This document shows, piece after piece, positions 20,813 through 35,800 of a DNA stretch of 64,000 nt. The notes beneath the pieces were generated by a model. That model saw only the letters and a list, made by a program, of their open reading frames with translations. It searched no databases and was not told the origin of the DNA. Every line of letters begins with the position of its first letter. Position 1 is the first letter of the stretch. The position numbers and the translations under genes were made by a program. Source of the stretch: an uncultured virus (IMG/VR IMGVR_UViG_3300046777_002950) (lineage: Duplodnaviria > Heunggongvirae > Uroviricota > Caudoviricetes); IMG/VR virus record IMGVR_UViG_3300046777_002950. The stretch is one strand, 5' to 3'.

Positions 20813-23800
20813 TTACCGACCGTAAGGATTGCCGCGCCGAATAGAGCCACCAGGACGCATCTCCCGTCTAATTCCATCACTGACAAGAGCCTGAACAGTC
20901 TGTGACAATCTAGCACCATCCACATCAGAACCTTCATTCACTGACACACTCACAGGCACATTTACTGTTGTAGTGCTACCACCAATCTTAGAAGCAATAT
21001 CCCCAGAGCCACCACCCACAACGCCACCATCAGCAAAACCAGAAATACCTGTTTGCAGTTTATTCCAAATTGCAGTCTCCTTGTGGTTAAGGATGCGTTC
21101 ACCTTCAGAGGCGACCACCAGGTGCGGTGTCCTTCCCGTCATAGCCCGTTCCTTATTCATTGTTCCCACAATCCCCCCATTGGCAAAATTCTGAATCTTC
21201 CCAAGAGTATCTTTATCAATCATCCCACCTTTAGCAAATCCAGAAAGTGAAGCCGAGCCAAAGTCAGCAGCCGTAAAAGCAGAAGGATCTAAGAACTCCA
21301 TACCCGTAGGACTAAAAGAAGCAATATCACCAAAACCAGCAAAACCACCAAGGCTGCCCACATCCAAGTCAGGAACATCTGCTATTGAACTACTTCTTCC
21401 TACGTTTTGCAGTGCATAAGCAGCTTGAGTAAGTTGTTGAGCGGCAAAAGATAATTCTGAGGCCGGGTTAAGTCCAGTGCCACCCATCCAGCCAAAAAGT
21501 AAGTCCGTTACACGCTTAGATGCCATTTCTGCCAAAGTATCCAGTACAGATTTACCAATACCTTTAGCTAAATTCAGTAGCGCTGTACCTGTATCTTCTG
21601 TGCTAAGTAAAAACTCTTTAAAAGAATTTTTAAACCCAGACACAAAAGATTTCATTATTTGTGCAAGTTCTGAAAATTGGGATTCAATAGCACGTATTTT
21701 TGAATCATTTTCTATTTGATTGTTTCTTCTTAATTCGTCTGCTTGTGGGTCAGTGAGTTTATTGTCCAGAATAAATTGATCCGTCTCATTCTGTTTGCGC
21801 TTATACTCATTCTCTTGAGCCGTAATTGCGTTCTGACGGTCTAATCTTTCCCCTGCCAACTCCAATCCTAAATTCTTCTTAATGGTACTCTTGCTTTCAA
21901 AAATAGCTTTAGCTGCGTCTGATAATTTAACTTGAACATCTACAGTCACCTGTCTATTTTTAATCTCGCCAGTTGCTTTTTGGTACTCAGTTTCTATTTT
22001 CAAAATTTCTAACTCTTTTTGGAGATTCATGGCATTTCTCAGGCGTTTTGTGATTTGCTCGTCCAAAGTTAATTTAGATTGCGGTAATTGAGCCTCTAAG
22101 CTATTTTTTCTGTAAGAGTCCATTAACTCTTTTTGTTTAATTAATGCTTCATTTTCAAAGTTGATAATATTAACTAAACCGTTCTTATTGCTAGCAGCAA
22201 ACAAACTATTATCAAGCTGTAAACCCTTGGTAATTGGTTCTCTTTCAGCAGCCCCTTTATCTATCAATCCAAGCTCACGATTAACATAAGCTGATATTTT
22301 GTCAGTCTGACGCTTTCTATCAATGATTCCTGTCTGTTTTGTGACAGTATTCATGATATCTTCTGCCCTTTTCTTGAAAACTTCCTGACTCATGTTTTTA
22401 CCACCTGATTGTTGCCACTCACGTCTCAGTGCAGCTATTTTTTGGAGGGTTGTTTGAGTTAATTCTAATTCAGCTATATTTGCCTCAAGATCAGGTATCT
22501 TGAGTAATCCAGGGTTTAAAGGATCAATTGCTTGGATTCCTTTAAGTTCTTCCAGTTGTAGCTTCAACTGGCTAATGTTAACCCCCAATAAATTAGCCCT
22601 TCTTTCAGCATCTTTATTTAGCTGCTCTTCCTTGAATCTGTCTACATACGTATCAAAAACTTTATTCTTATTATCAATGTACATTTTACGGAGTTTGATC
22701 GCTGTTTGCTCCCTTACCTTAACGACTCTATACACTTCGTCTCTTTTGGTTTTTAGTCCTGACGCATCTATACCTTCTCTCTGAGCAGCAGCAATTAGCT
22801 CATCAACCCTTGCTAATTCAGCAAGAGGCACTTTTGCAGACTCAATAATATTCTCTTGTTCATTAATCTTTGCTTGGTACTCAGTCTTTAATTTTTGGAA
22901 GTCAGTAGCAAATTTTTCCTTATCAGAAGCATTGGGATTTAACAACCCTTGAATATACTCAGAAGCATTATTAATATCTTGTGCAGCCTGTAGTGATTCG
23001 TCTCTGATACTTTTATTGGTATCTCTTAAGAGATTAGCTAAGGTTCTTTGGAACTCTATTAGCTTTGATTGTATTTCTGCCCTGTTCTTGGCTGCTTCTG
23101 CTGCTGCTTGTTTCTTCTTGGCTTCCAGACTGAGCTTACCAGAGCTTTCAACACCTGGTTGTAAATTACCAGGTTTTAATGGCTGATTCTCCAATTGTGA
23201 TCTAGTGTAAGGATCAGTGCCTGGTGGAATTACTACGGGTTGCTTTGTTTGTGGTATTTGAGGTAAGTTGCCAGTGTTCGGTGGTGTTGTTTTTGGTGTT
23301 GCTGTCAACCCTTGTGGGCTAAATCCGTAACTTTGAGAATTTTTGATAAAGTCCACTATAGTTAAGTCTTTACCTTGAACACTTGCAGTCATGTAAACAC
23401 TACGGTTTTCCTGTGGCGTACCAATTGGTTGTCCTGCTTTGAGACTAAAACTACTTTGATGCTTTAAATTACCTAAATTCTTTTTGATGCTATCAAGAGA
23501 AAGATCGGTAAGCCTTACTATAATTTGTTTGCCGTTAATATTTTTTGTAATGTCTACAAATGTAAGGTCTTCATTGCTTTTATCTTTGTAAATATACAAA
23601 GTAGCTTTACCGCTAATAGGTGCTTTAAGTTGAGTGTCTCTATTTACCCCACGCGCTGAACCATAATATGCTCCGTCTTTTTTCTCATTATCAGTGTACG
23701 GAAATTTAAGAATATCAGCAAGGGTTTTACCTGGAATAGGCGATACTAAAAGTTTATCTTGATTGTTGCCTTGATTGTTATTACCACTTGTACTTGCATT

Positions 23801-26800
23801 GGTTAATTTAATACCATTTGGCGTTGACGGAAACGCACTAGACAAATCTGGCGGTATTTGGTTTCTAGTGTTACTTACTAGAGTTAGCCCACCAGTGCTA
23901 GGCTGTGGAAACGCACTAGACAAATTTGGTACATTACCTTGGTTAGTTGGTGTCAGCTTTTTGTCAGTACCTTGGTTAGTTCCACTACCGCTTTTACTTT
24001 GGTTGGTTGTTGTCGGCTTGTTACCAGTGCTTTGGTTATTTCTACTACTACCAGTACTATTGTTTGGTTTTGGTTTTGGTTTTGAATTATTGCCTATTAA
24101 AATATCCAAAATACCAGGATTGTAGCTGTTAGTATTCTGATTATAAGTAGGGATTATTGGTGGAATATTATCAACAAAATTCTTTGTATTACGGATGACT
24201 CGCTTAACCGGTTCAGGAGCATTTTGTCTCACAAATCCTTTGACTTTTCCTTTAACCCAATCAATAGCCTGGTTAACAGGCGGTGTAGAAGTTGTTGTTA
24301 TAGGTTTATTAATAGATTGATTGGATGTTTTTATAACTCCAGTGTATTGAGTTAATCCCAAAGAATTAACTACAGGATCTGTGCGATTAATAAAAGTTCT
24401 GTTAAGCCACTGAAGAGGATTCATTGGCTGTTTTTGATTAGCTCGATAAATATCCCTAACAAATGTTAAAGGGTTTTTGTATGGATTTTGAGTAACTTTC
24501 CCAGGCTCGCCGACAGCAATGCCAAATTTAAATTTATCCCCACTGGGATTACCAATTAATTGCCCTGGACTTACTTCTATTTTTTCTTTACCTTTAATAC
24601 CTAAATTCTTGGTAATTGATTTAGGATTTAACCCTTGGTAAATTACATAAACAATCTTTCCATCAACAGCATTATGAGCTATTTTCAAGGTATTACCTTC
24701 CAAGAAAGCAGTGCCACCCAAGGATGCTACTACATCAGAACCACGACTAACCCCAGCATTTTTGCCAAGCGTCAATCCTTTGCTGTTTCTATAGCCAAAT
24801 AATTCTTGAACGCCATATCTAGTGTTCAACAGATCAGCAAGGCTTCTATTGGCAATGGGAGAAACAAAAGTATTTGGTGTTAAAAGTTGGTTGGCAATGG
24901 GACTAGTAAATGGGGTTAAGTTAAATGAATTATTTTTATCTTTTGGTTTATTTGCATACAACTGGACGGGTATGTCTGACATAAGCCCAGCCACTAACAC
25001 CTCTTTAAGTGCATTAGCTACTGGAGTGGATGTAGGCAGACTAGATGTACCGCGTTTAATACCAGATTGTGGTGCAACAAACTCACGCCAAATTTGCTCA
25101 TCTTCATGTGTTACTGGTATTTTTGTTCTCTGAGATACACCTACAGGTGTATTACTGCTTGATGAGTTATTAAATGGTTGTGCTGTAGGATTTAATGGAT
25201 TTTTATTTATATCCTGCAAAGTCTTGAGGAGATCCTGTAAAGCTTTATTGAGGTTAATTGTAGAATTAACTGCGCTTACACCTATACCATTTGCAACATT
25301 GTTGACTTCTTTGTTAATACTTGAAACACTCTTGTTAACAGTTCTTAGTTCCTTGTCAAAATCACGAATTTTACCAACATCAAAAGGTACAATTTTACCC
25401 GGCAAACTGCGCTGCATTTCCGTGACTTTAATCAGGATGTCCTGTATATTGTTCTCATAGTCTAACTTCTGTTTTTGCCTGTCTAAGCGTAAGTTCTCAA
25501 TTTCCGTTAATTGTTGGAACAACCCAATCACACTGTCAATAAAGTTAGTAAAGATATTATTACCAGCCCCAACCAAGGCCTGTTTTAGCTTGGTAGCAAA
25601 TTGTTGAGACTTAATGTTATTGGTAGCTTTATCAAACTCAATAGCAGCAGCTTTGGACTCCCTTAAAGATGTGCGGTAGTATTCTGCTACTTGCTTAGTC
25701 TGGTCAATCAACGCTTGTCTAGCTTCTCGTTGTGTTTTAACAATCTCAAGAGTATTTTGGCTTACCTGTTCCCTATCCTTCGCTATTTCCTGCTGAAGCT
25801 TGACAATTTCCTCTTGTATTTGAGATAAGTTGGTTGGAGATTGTGCTTCGGCTTGTTGAAGTTTGAATAAGTTATCTTCCTTGATTTTTAAAGAACGCTC
25901 CAATACTTTTTGTTGAAAGGTCAAATCTGCAATCTGTCTGTCAGATAAGCTTGGCGCAATTTGCTGAGATGTCAAGGTAGTGCTGTAAAGTTTAGCCTGT
26001 GCTTGGTTAGAGACAATCTTATTTTTACTGATGTCTATATTGGACTTAACTTCATTGTCTTTAAGTGCTGCGATCGCCTGAGTGTACATTGTGTCAGCTA
26101 TTGGTGCAACACTGAATTTTTGCGCTTCTGCTAGTGACTTTTGAAGTGTCTCCTGCCTTTCCTTCAATTGCTTTACCGTCACCTTCCTTTGCTGAGGAGT
26201 CAGATTTAAATCAGATAAAGTTTTCTCTATTTCTTTCTTGTTTACCTCCAGTGCTTGCTTAATTGATGGTGTAGGATCGCCAAACTCATCAACTAATTTC
26301 TGTCTTCGTTTTTGTAACTGCAAAATACGTTCTTTTGCTAACCCTGCTTTCTGACGTAGTTTGTCATTGGGGTTGACTGCTAATTGATTACTAGCTTCAA
26401 CAAATTCAGCAGAGGCTTTTTCAATGTCAACATCAATTTCCTTGATTGCATCATAGTTAACTCTGCGTTGCGCTGAAGCGTCAATATTTGCTTGTAAAGC
26501 GGCTTTTTCTTTCTTTAGTTTCTCTAATTTTTGAGATTCTTCTTTATAGGTTTGCCCATCCTTTGCGTATTTTAATTTCTGGCTTGTCCCAGAAAAGCTA
26601 GGACGACCAAAAAATGAATACTGCATTTCCTCTTTTTTTAGCTGCGCTTCACGCATCCTTAATTCATCAACTACAAGTTTTTGTTTAGCAATATCATTAT
26701 TGAGTGCATCCATTTTTGGCTTATTGTCAAGATTAGCCATAAAAGATAATTGCATCAACAGCTTATCTTTCTCCAATTGAGTAACCTCTTCTTGGACTTT

Positions 26801-29800
26801 TTTATACCCTTCTTTGGATCTTGCTTTTGACTTTTCTGTTTCTTTAGGTTCTAATTTTTCTAATTCCTGAAGTGACGCTCTTTTGTCTTCTATACGCTTA
26901 GTAATATTTTGTACAGGGGTCTCACTTTCAAATTTTTGCTTTTGTTCCTGTGTCATTTGTTCCTGTGTCATGGGTACAACTGGTCGGGCAACAAAGCTGT
27001 AAGGTCTTGTCCCGTCTAAACCAATTGAAGCCATAAACTCTTTTAATCTTTGGTTACTGAGTTCCTGATCTTTATAAAGCTTAATAACTTGCAAAGATGC
27101 AGAATCTAGCCTTTCACCAACTTTTTTAGCGTTAATAATCTGTTTAATTTCTTCTGGCAACTCTTCTAATTGCGCTTCAGTAATCTTAGGAGCAAACGCA
27201 TCTAATGCCACTGTAGCTAGTCCTATAGCGGCGATAAGACCTGCGATCGCTGCTATCCAAGGTGCAAGAGGTGAAGCAAGCATAGGAGCTAACATTGCAA
27301 GAATCCGGGATATAATTCCAACAGCAGCTGGTTGTACAACCGTCGTACCAAGGGTAAACGCTTTAGCAGCTACAGCAGCAGATGCAGCGTTAGCAGCAGA
27401 TGCAGCAGCAACTTTAGCTGCAATCCCTATCCCAGCACCTCCAAGCCCCAAAGCCACCGGACCAAGAAAATCCATTGCGCTTGCACCTGTACCACCTGGT
27501 CTGTATTTTGCGTTAGTATCTCGTACTGCGTCGTCCCATTTATAATCACCACCACCCCAAAGACTTCTAATATCCAGTTGCACACCTTTAGCTGGTAAAG
27601 CATTGGTGATAGTATTACCAAGTTTTTCTACAGATTTAGTGGCTTTATTAAACGCTTCGGTAGTTTGTCCAATATTTAATCTAACTTGATTTAAATGTTT
27701 GTTAATGTCTGCGGTGGACTTATTAATTGATTCTCGTAATGGGTCACTAAAGTCACCTTTAGAAAACATGAGAACAGCGTAAGCTAGTCCAAAATGTAAC
27801 AGTGCTTTACTCAAAAATCCTAATGCACCTTGAACTATTGCCATGCTTTTTACGCCACTTGCTGCAACATTATTAGTTGCGTTTGCAGCAACCGCTGAAG
27901 ATGTCATCATTAATTCAACAACGGCTTTAAGTGAACCCATTACCCCATAAAATGCTTTTGCTGTAGCACCAAATATTCCAGTAATGCCGCCCCACAGTTT
28001 TGTGATGGCAGGCCACAAAGCCATAACCATGAGACCTGTTCCTTGCTCTAGCATAAATACTATAGCTAGTATCTCTACAATCCCGGAGGGAAGAATTTTA
28101 AAGAAACCTGCAAACACCCCTTTAAGCCAGTCTATGATACTACCAGCTTGTTCTGCCCCTTGGATTAACCCACCAAAGAGAGAAGAAAAACTAACTTTGT
28201 TGTCACTCATGGAACGCATGGCAGTGTCTATAGCGCTAAACATGGTGACAAACATGTTAGCTATACCTTGAAACATATTTTCAATTAAGTTTTTTTCCGC
28301 ACCTAGCCAACCATCAGCAACGTCTGAGACAACACCAACAACCATTGGCATCATATTGGTAGTAATAGCGGAAAAAGTAGCCAATAAGAAGTTTTGTAAA
28401 CTACCTATGGCGACCCGTAAAGGACCAAATTTAGAAAGAATGATTGTTAGCCCAATGGAAATTGTGGCTGCAAAGCCAATCATAAATGACTGGGCTAGTG
28501 GTATTAATTCTTTTAATGCACCGCTAAGTACGCCTAAAATATTAGCAAAAGTGTTAACAAAAAATGCTAGTGTGCCACCAATCTTATCAGTAAATATCGT
28601 TGTAATCTCAAAGCCCACATTACCTAATCTGTTCAGCGCAACTACCAGCCCCCCAGCTTGATCGGCGGCAGCACTACCATAATCTTCTTTTAATACTTTA
28701 GCTACTTTAGGTAAAATATCTTGGGATAAAATGCCACCAGACGCTACCAGTTCATTCATTTCAGGAACAGTCACACCCATGGCTTTAGCAAACATAGCCA
28801 TAGCAGGTGGGAACTTTTCACCTAATTGTTGTCTAAGTTCTTCCATAGACAGCTTGCCTTTAGCTAATATTTGTGTATATGCCGTAAAGACTAAACTAGC
28901 GTCTTGTCCGTTAATACCTAACGCGCTCAAAGATGAAGTGATACCTTCAAACAGTTCTTTGACCCCTTGACCTTCCATCTTGCTGTCTTTAGCAGCGATC
29001 GCTAGTTGAGAATAGGAGTTAGCAGCTACTTCTGAAGGTACGTTTAATTTGGTGGCAATGTCTTTTGCGTAATTAAATTCCGCTTTTCCGCCTTCTTTTG
29101 ATCCGCCTAAAAACTTAAATCTTCTCTGTAGCACTTCTACCCTTTGAATGCCATCTATTAGTTTAGCCACATGAGGTGCAACCATATTTACAGCCATACC
29201 TATACCTGTGATAATTGGGGCTAAAGGTAATAGTAATGGTGTAATTGCACCTATCATAGTGGTAATTGGTGCTAAAGTGGTGGTTATTGAACCCACAAAC
29301 TGAAGGATATTGGGGAACATCTCGTCGCCTTCCTTAGGATTTTTGAACATCAATTTCTTGACCCCAGATCCCATCTGATTGTACATTTCCGCGAATTGAC
29401 CTTGAGTTGCTACTGTACCCCTGAACATACGACGGAATATTAAACCTACAGAATCACCAAAATTAGCTTGTCCTAATGCTTTTTTAGCGTTGTACTCCAA
29501 GTCATCTTTAGCGTTAGCTAGATTCACCATTGAGTCTTTCAAGCCTTTAGCCAAAGCTTTACCCATGTCAAAGCCTTTTTCCCTGAACTTGGCCTGTAGT
29601 CCACTCAATGTGGTCATTAATCCTGCAGTGGCTGTGTCTAAAAGCTTGGGGTCAATGTTGTTGATTTGCTTAGCAGACATCCCAGCCCTTTTTAGCCCCT
29701 GCTTAACCAGTTCTTTCATAGCATCCTGGTCGTTACTAGCATAAGCTTCTGTGAATCTACCCATAAATCCGCCTGTACGGGGATTGTCTCTCAAGTTGTC

Positions 29801-32800
29801 AGCAAAGCTACTTAATCCCTGTCCGCCCTGTGATTGTTGAATCTGTTTCCTTTGAGCGCGACTCATCCCACGTTCTTGCAAAACAGACATTGTCATAGCA
29901 TCCCGTTTTCTTGTAGCTACATCATTTCCCATCGTTGCTACATAAGATTCAAAATCACCCATAAACTTCAGAAGTTTACGCTCTCTAGCAGTTAAATCAA
30001 CTGGGGATTTGGTTATTTTTTCACGGGCTGCGGCTAGTTCTTCAGGTGTCATGGCGTTACGTACAGATTCAGTGACACCACGCTCTCTTAGCACTTGCTT
30101 GGTGAGTCCATCTAATCTTTTTGTGTTACCTGATTCAAGATTCCGTGTTAATAATTGCTCAACTTTACTTTTTTCAACTCCAAACGCATTAATAGCATCT
30201 GCTATTGTTGCCGATTTCTCTCCCATTTTCCTGCCAATCATTCCTTGAATTACAGACTTAGGAATTACAGGAACATCAAGGCTATTTAAAACACTGTTTA
30301 GTAAAGTATTTCCTAGGTTTTCTACTAGTTCTTTACTGGCAATACTGGCACTAGAAGTACGTGGTTGAACTGTTTGTATAGGAGTAGGTTGTTTCGTAAT
30401 TGTAGGCAGGTTCTTTATTAAATCATCACCAACATCAAATAATCCATCTGTACCTGATTTTCGTATATTTTCAATATCCTGATCGCTTTTCCCCCGTTCT
30501 TTAAGGATAGAGATAATCCTTTTCTCTTGTTTTTTTAGCGTAGCAGCATTGGAATTTTTCATGTCTGCTGTGTACAAGAGAAAGTCACGTTCTTTGCTAG
30601 TGGCGTTAAGAGGATTTTTAAGTATATTTTCCCGTTGAGTAAGCAACTGAGCAGAGTCCATTTGATTACGAGCAAAACGATTTACACCACGCTCTCTTAA
30701 TGCCTTCCTGGTAAGTTCATCTAATTTTGGTATTGCCTTACCAGATTCAACAGCCCGTTTTAATAATTCTTCTGTCTTGGTTCTTTGGATATCTGGATAA
30801 GCAGCGAGATTTTGTCCTACCCCTGCATTAGTATTAGTGCTAACACCAACTTCCTTGAAATCACGCAAAAGAGCTTTTTCTCTATTGATTTTAGTCTGGT
30901 CTTGTAATACTTTTTCAATAGTAGGAGCTTGTTTTTTGGGGTTGGGCTTCACTGATTTATCTAGTCCTAAAATACCACTAAAAGCGTCATAAAGCGGGCT
31001 TGCGCTTAATAGTCCTAGCGACAATGGACTAATTTGTGATCCAATCAGGAAAGGTAGTGGATTTATAATCTTTTCCAAAAACCCTGCAACACCAGCAGTT
31101 TTAGTTCCCGACAAAGCTGATAAATCTACCTTAGTAATAGAACTCAATAAGTTTGTTAAAAAACCACCTTTTTTCAAAATATTGTTTTCTAATAAATTCT
31201 TAACAATTGAATTACCCAACCTTAATACCATACCACCAACAAAAGGTATGGCAAAACTTAATTTAGGAAGTAGTTGAAAACTGCGAGGTATAAATTTTAA
31301 GAACCAAGGCAATATACTCCTGGTTTGAGACAATAAAGCTTGATGCAGTGGTTGTTTAAGCGTATCCGCTAAAGAAAACAAAGCTGCGTTAACGGCATTC
31401 CGCATGACTTGACCCAATGAAGCATAACCAGACAAAGTGCTTTGGCGGATACTTGTACTAACAGCATTAAAAATATTTGTCACCAAATCAGTACCTAAAC
31501 TTAAATACTGGTTTAATAACGTAGGTGGTATAGGTGGTGTGGGTGGTGTTGGTGGTGTTGGAGTTGGGTTAACAGGAAATGTGTGTGTTGGTACAGTAGT
31601 TCCAAGGGTTTGAGGCGGAAAAACATATTTTGGCGTAGCAGTACCAGTAGGCTGGGGAATAAAGGATGGTATAGTAGATGAAAGTGTAACAGGTATTTGT
31701 CCAATAAGTAATTTACCAACTTGCTTAAACGCTTGGGTAGAACGCGATGATGTTAACCAAGAGTCAGGTATTGGTCCATATTGCCCAGTCATTTGCTTGC
31801 TCAATTGCTTGACTGTTTGCGTAGGCAAAGGTGGTGTAGACAAAGGTGGTGTAGTCCAAGGATCTGGTATGGGTGCAAAGCGAGAAGAGACGGTTACTTT
31901 ATTCCCAGCAATAGTAGCTTGTATTTGCTTATTAGCAGCAATTAAAGCACTTATACTATTTTGTGCTAGTGAATGAGTTGATCTTATGGCTGGGGACAAC
32001 CCTTGGACAACTGGTAAAATCAACTGTGCATCAGGTTTAGGTGTAAACTTTTGAGATGAGACTATTTGTGCATTTGGGTTAAAGGCAAAGTTTTTACTGT
32101 AAAGTATCTGTGCATCAGGCTTAGGTGTAAACTTTTGAGATGAGATTATCTGTGCGTTGGGATTGGGTGCAAAGTTCCCTGGTAAAATTATTGGGCTAGT
32201 ACGCTGTATTGTTGGTGACTGGGGTTTTGATAGTTGCGTCATCGGTTGTTGAGCAACAATTTCTTTAGCTAATCTACTGAGATTAGATTGAGTTTGTACA
32301 AACGAGTTAATGTTTAAGTGTTCTTTAGCAGGTGGTAATAAAAACTGAGTTCTTGTTGCTTGTTTAACAGTGTTAACCAGTTGCTCTACCGAATCGTTCC
32401 AAGGATCTGGGATTGAGGGAATAGTAGCTTGTGTCCGCTGAACTGGTGGTACATTGGTTACGGGTTCAATAATCTCTCTTGCATAAACGGGAACAGGAGG
32501 AAGGGCTGGTAACTGGGTTATTTTTGGTGTTGGGGTATTGCTAACGCCTAGTATCATTCGGTTGTATGCGTTTCTAGCTTTGCGATAATTATTGTTATCT
32601 TCTGCTAAAGCGCGTTTTACAGCTTGACTATATTCTTGGTCTGTTTGCCCTGGCTGTCTTTCCGGTATTGGGGTTTTAGGTGCTACAAATCTAGGTGGTT
32701 GGTAAGCTGCTGTGTTTACAACTGACCGATTTGATGCTAACAATTTGTCAATTGACTGACCTTTTATCCCCAATCTTTTTGAAAATTCAACTATTCTTAA

Positions 32801-35800
32801 CAATATAGAATTAAAACCTGCGTCAAGACCTCTGAGAACAGCGGGATCTACTGGGTTTCCATCAGTACGAGCGATCGCAAAATGATGAGCAGCTAAAGTT
32901 TTTTGTTCCTGAAAATCGTCAACAAGTCTATTATAAGCAATGCTTTGAAGTGGGGTGAGATTTGCTGATTTGTTGTTTAAATAACCAAGTAAATCAGAGC
33001 TAGAAAGAACATTACTGGCAATACCTTCATGCTCAAAATCAGCGCCAAAGTTAACACCAATGTTAGATAATAAATCTTGAATCTTGAGTTTTTGGAAGTG
33101 TTCTTTGGTGGCTTTAATATGGGCTTGTGCCTGGTTTTCTAAATCTAAATCTTGCTGAAACACGGGGTTTGCTGGGAGAGGGGTATCCCAAGGATCAGCG
33201 ATCGCATTCCTAATATTTTCTGCCATGTTTCTAGCAGCATTAACAGCAGACTGGGATTGGTTGTCAATACCAGTTCCCATGCTACCAGCAATGTTTTCCC
33301 CAACATCAATGCCTTCACCTGATGGAGACGCTATTCTAAATACCTTTTTAATTGCACTGAGTATGCCTTTAGCAAACTTGGTGACTACTCCTAATACACC
33401 ACCATTTGCAGATATAAACCCTTGTGCAAAAGAAGAAATAAAGTTAATACTTATATCCTTTAGTCCACCACCTTTACTAAATGCAGATTTAGCGCTATTA
33501 AATACGTTACCCAAAATACTATCACCACTAAAATCTTTTTTTAGTGCTGACAACAGTTTAATTAATGAATGGGTAGGTTTATCAACTTCTTCTAAATATT
33601 TTTGAATTTCTGGCTGCTGGGCAAACTGCTTATAATCACCACTAGAATTATTGAAAGCACGAGCAGCTTTTGCTTGTAATTCTTTTAGTTTGTCTGGCGA
33701 AACTGTGTGAGATTGAATATACGGCTTCCCGCCTAACACAGAGTGAATATTGTCTCCCAGCGCAAGTTCCTTGGAGTCGGGATCGCTATTATTAAATGCA
33801 AATAAAATTTGATTTTTATCATTTAATTTACCATAACCTTGATAATCATTTAAATACGTTAACCCTAATGATTTAGCTATCTTAGGATTTTTTATTAACA
33901 TCTTATTAAATTTTGTAGCGAGTTTAAATGGTGTATTAAACTCTGTCATCAAGTTTGTGTCATGACTCCAGTCATAGACATCATTTATCTGTAGTCCCCC
34001 TTCTTTATTGCGGTTATAATTAAATCCCCCTAATGTATAGTGTAGATTTTTAAATCCTGGTATTTGACTAATATTATTCCCAACAGTGCCATCTCCTATC
34101 TCCCAATCATCAGGAATTGCTGTAATAGGCTTGTTTTCTTGTATAGACTTGTGCTTATAATTAAGTATTGACCTATACATCACAGCTATTTCCGCTTCTC
34201 TAGCTGTACGTCCTTGTATCTTATGTACATCAATATTACCTTGATAGTACGCGCCTAAATGTTTAACTGGTTCTGATATTTTCCCTAATATACCAGTATC
34301 ACCTAATGCAACTATAGCCGCGCCAATCATTGAGCCGAGTAAACTTCTTTTTTCTTTTTGCTTACTCTTGTCATAAACGTTCTTGGTAACATCTGCCATG
34401 TTACCAACTGAGTTTTTAATTACGTCATCATAATTGCTTATATGTTCAGAGTTAAACTGGTTTAATTCCTTAATACCAATGTCAACAGCCCCAGCTAACA
34501 TTGCACTAGCATCAGACACATCAATAACGCCTTTTTTAATGCCTACAGCCAACCCCGACGCTATCATTAAACCCAGTGCTATCATCACCTTCGATGGTGA
34601 ACTGATACCCATATTCTGCTTAATCCGGGATTGGATTGAATTACCAGCATTGTCCATAACTTTAGTAACACTTCCAATACTGTCCGCCATTCCTTTACCC
34701 AGTCCTTTCATAATATTTCCGCCTATGGACGTAAATGGCTTGGAAGAAGTATTATCAGAGGCTATAGCAGCACTACTAACATTTCTTGAGTCAGATTTAC
34801 TTATTGGTTGCTGACTAGGTAAATGACCCATATTCTTTTTAACTTGATTACTTACAGCATTAGTACTAGCACTCACGACTTTAGATGAAGCTGCAACGGT
34901 ATTAATAAGACTTCTATTAATGTTTTCAACTACGTTGCCACTCATGCGAGCAAAAGCATTTAAGGAAACGCTGTGTTTGTCCCCAAAGCTACCAATGGCA
35001 TCAGCTACTTGAGTGGGTGCGCCTAAATCAGTAATTGATTCCGCGATCGCCTGTTGATGAGTTGCACCTTTAGCAGCCTTTGTTACAATATTCCTATATA
35101 AATCTCTGGGAATAGTCAAAGCATCTATGCCATCAGCAAATACCGTCCCTGCGGTTTCAGTAACGGAATTAGCTGCTGTACCAAAACCAGTAGGAACTAC
35201 TTTTAATGCACTACCAATAGCTTTGATAATCTCAGGTTTAGTTAACTTTAAATCTTTTAATTTCTCCGTGAGAACCGCTTTATAAGCAGCCATGTAATCA
35301 AGAGACGGATCTTTTGCTAACCTGGTCTTAGTTTCCCCATGGGATTGGGCTACCGCTTTTCCTATTGCACCACTTCTTAAAAGTGCTGTCATACCAGACT
35401 GAGCCGCATCAAAAGCAGTAAATGAGCTTACACCGAAAGTAGCTGCACCTGCTTTACTTAAATTAATAAAATGATCAAATGCTTCTCTAGGCTTAGTAAG
35501 TGTCTTGTCAGCCCTTAGTTCAGCAACAAAATCTTTTCCAGACTCAAACGCAGACTGAAATAATGTTTGTTCTGGGTTAGCAGCGTGTCGTTCTCCTACT
35601 TTGTCAAGCATCTTTAGCCCAGAATCAGATGCAGCTAATCCTACACTCCCATAAGTGGCCGCAGTAGACATACCCGGTATAAGACCACCAACAGCCAATG
35701 CTGGCTCAAGAATTTCTTTAGCTGAACCCACAGCATCTTTAACGGTGCTTACAAGCTGTCTAGCCCCTACCGCAACTTTGCTGTTCCCTTTTTGCATCCC

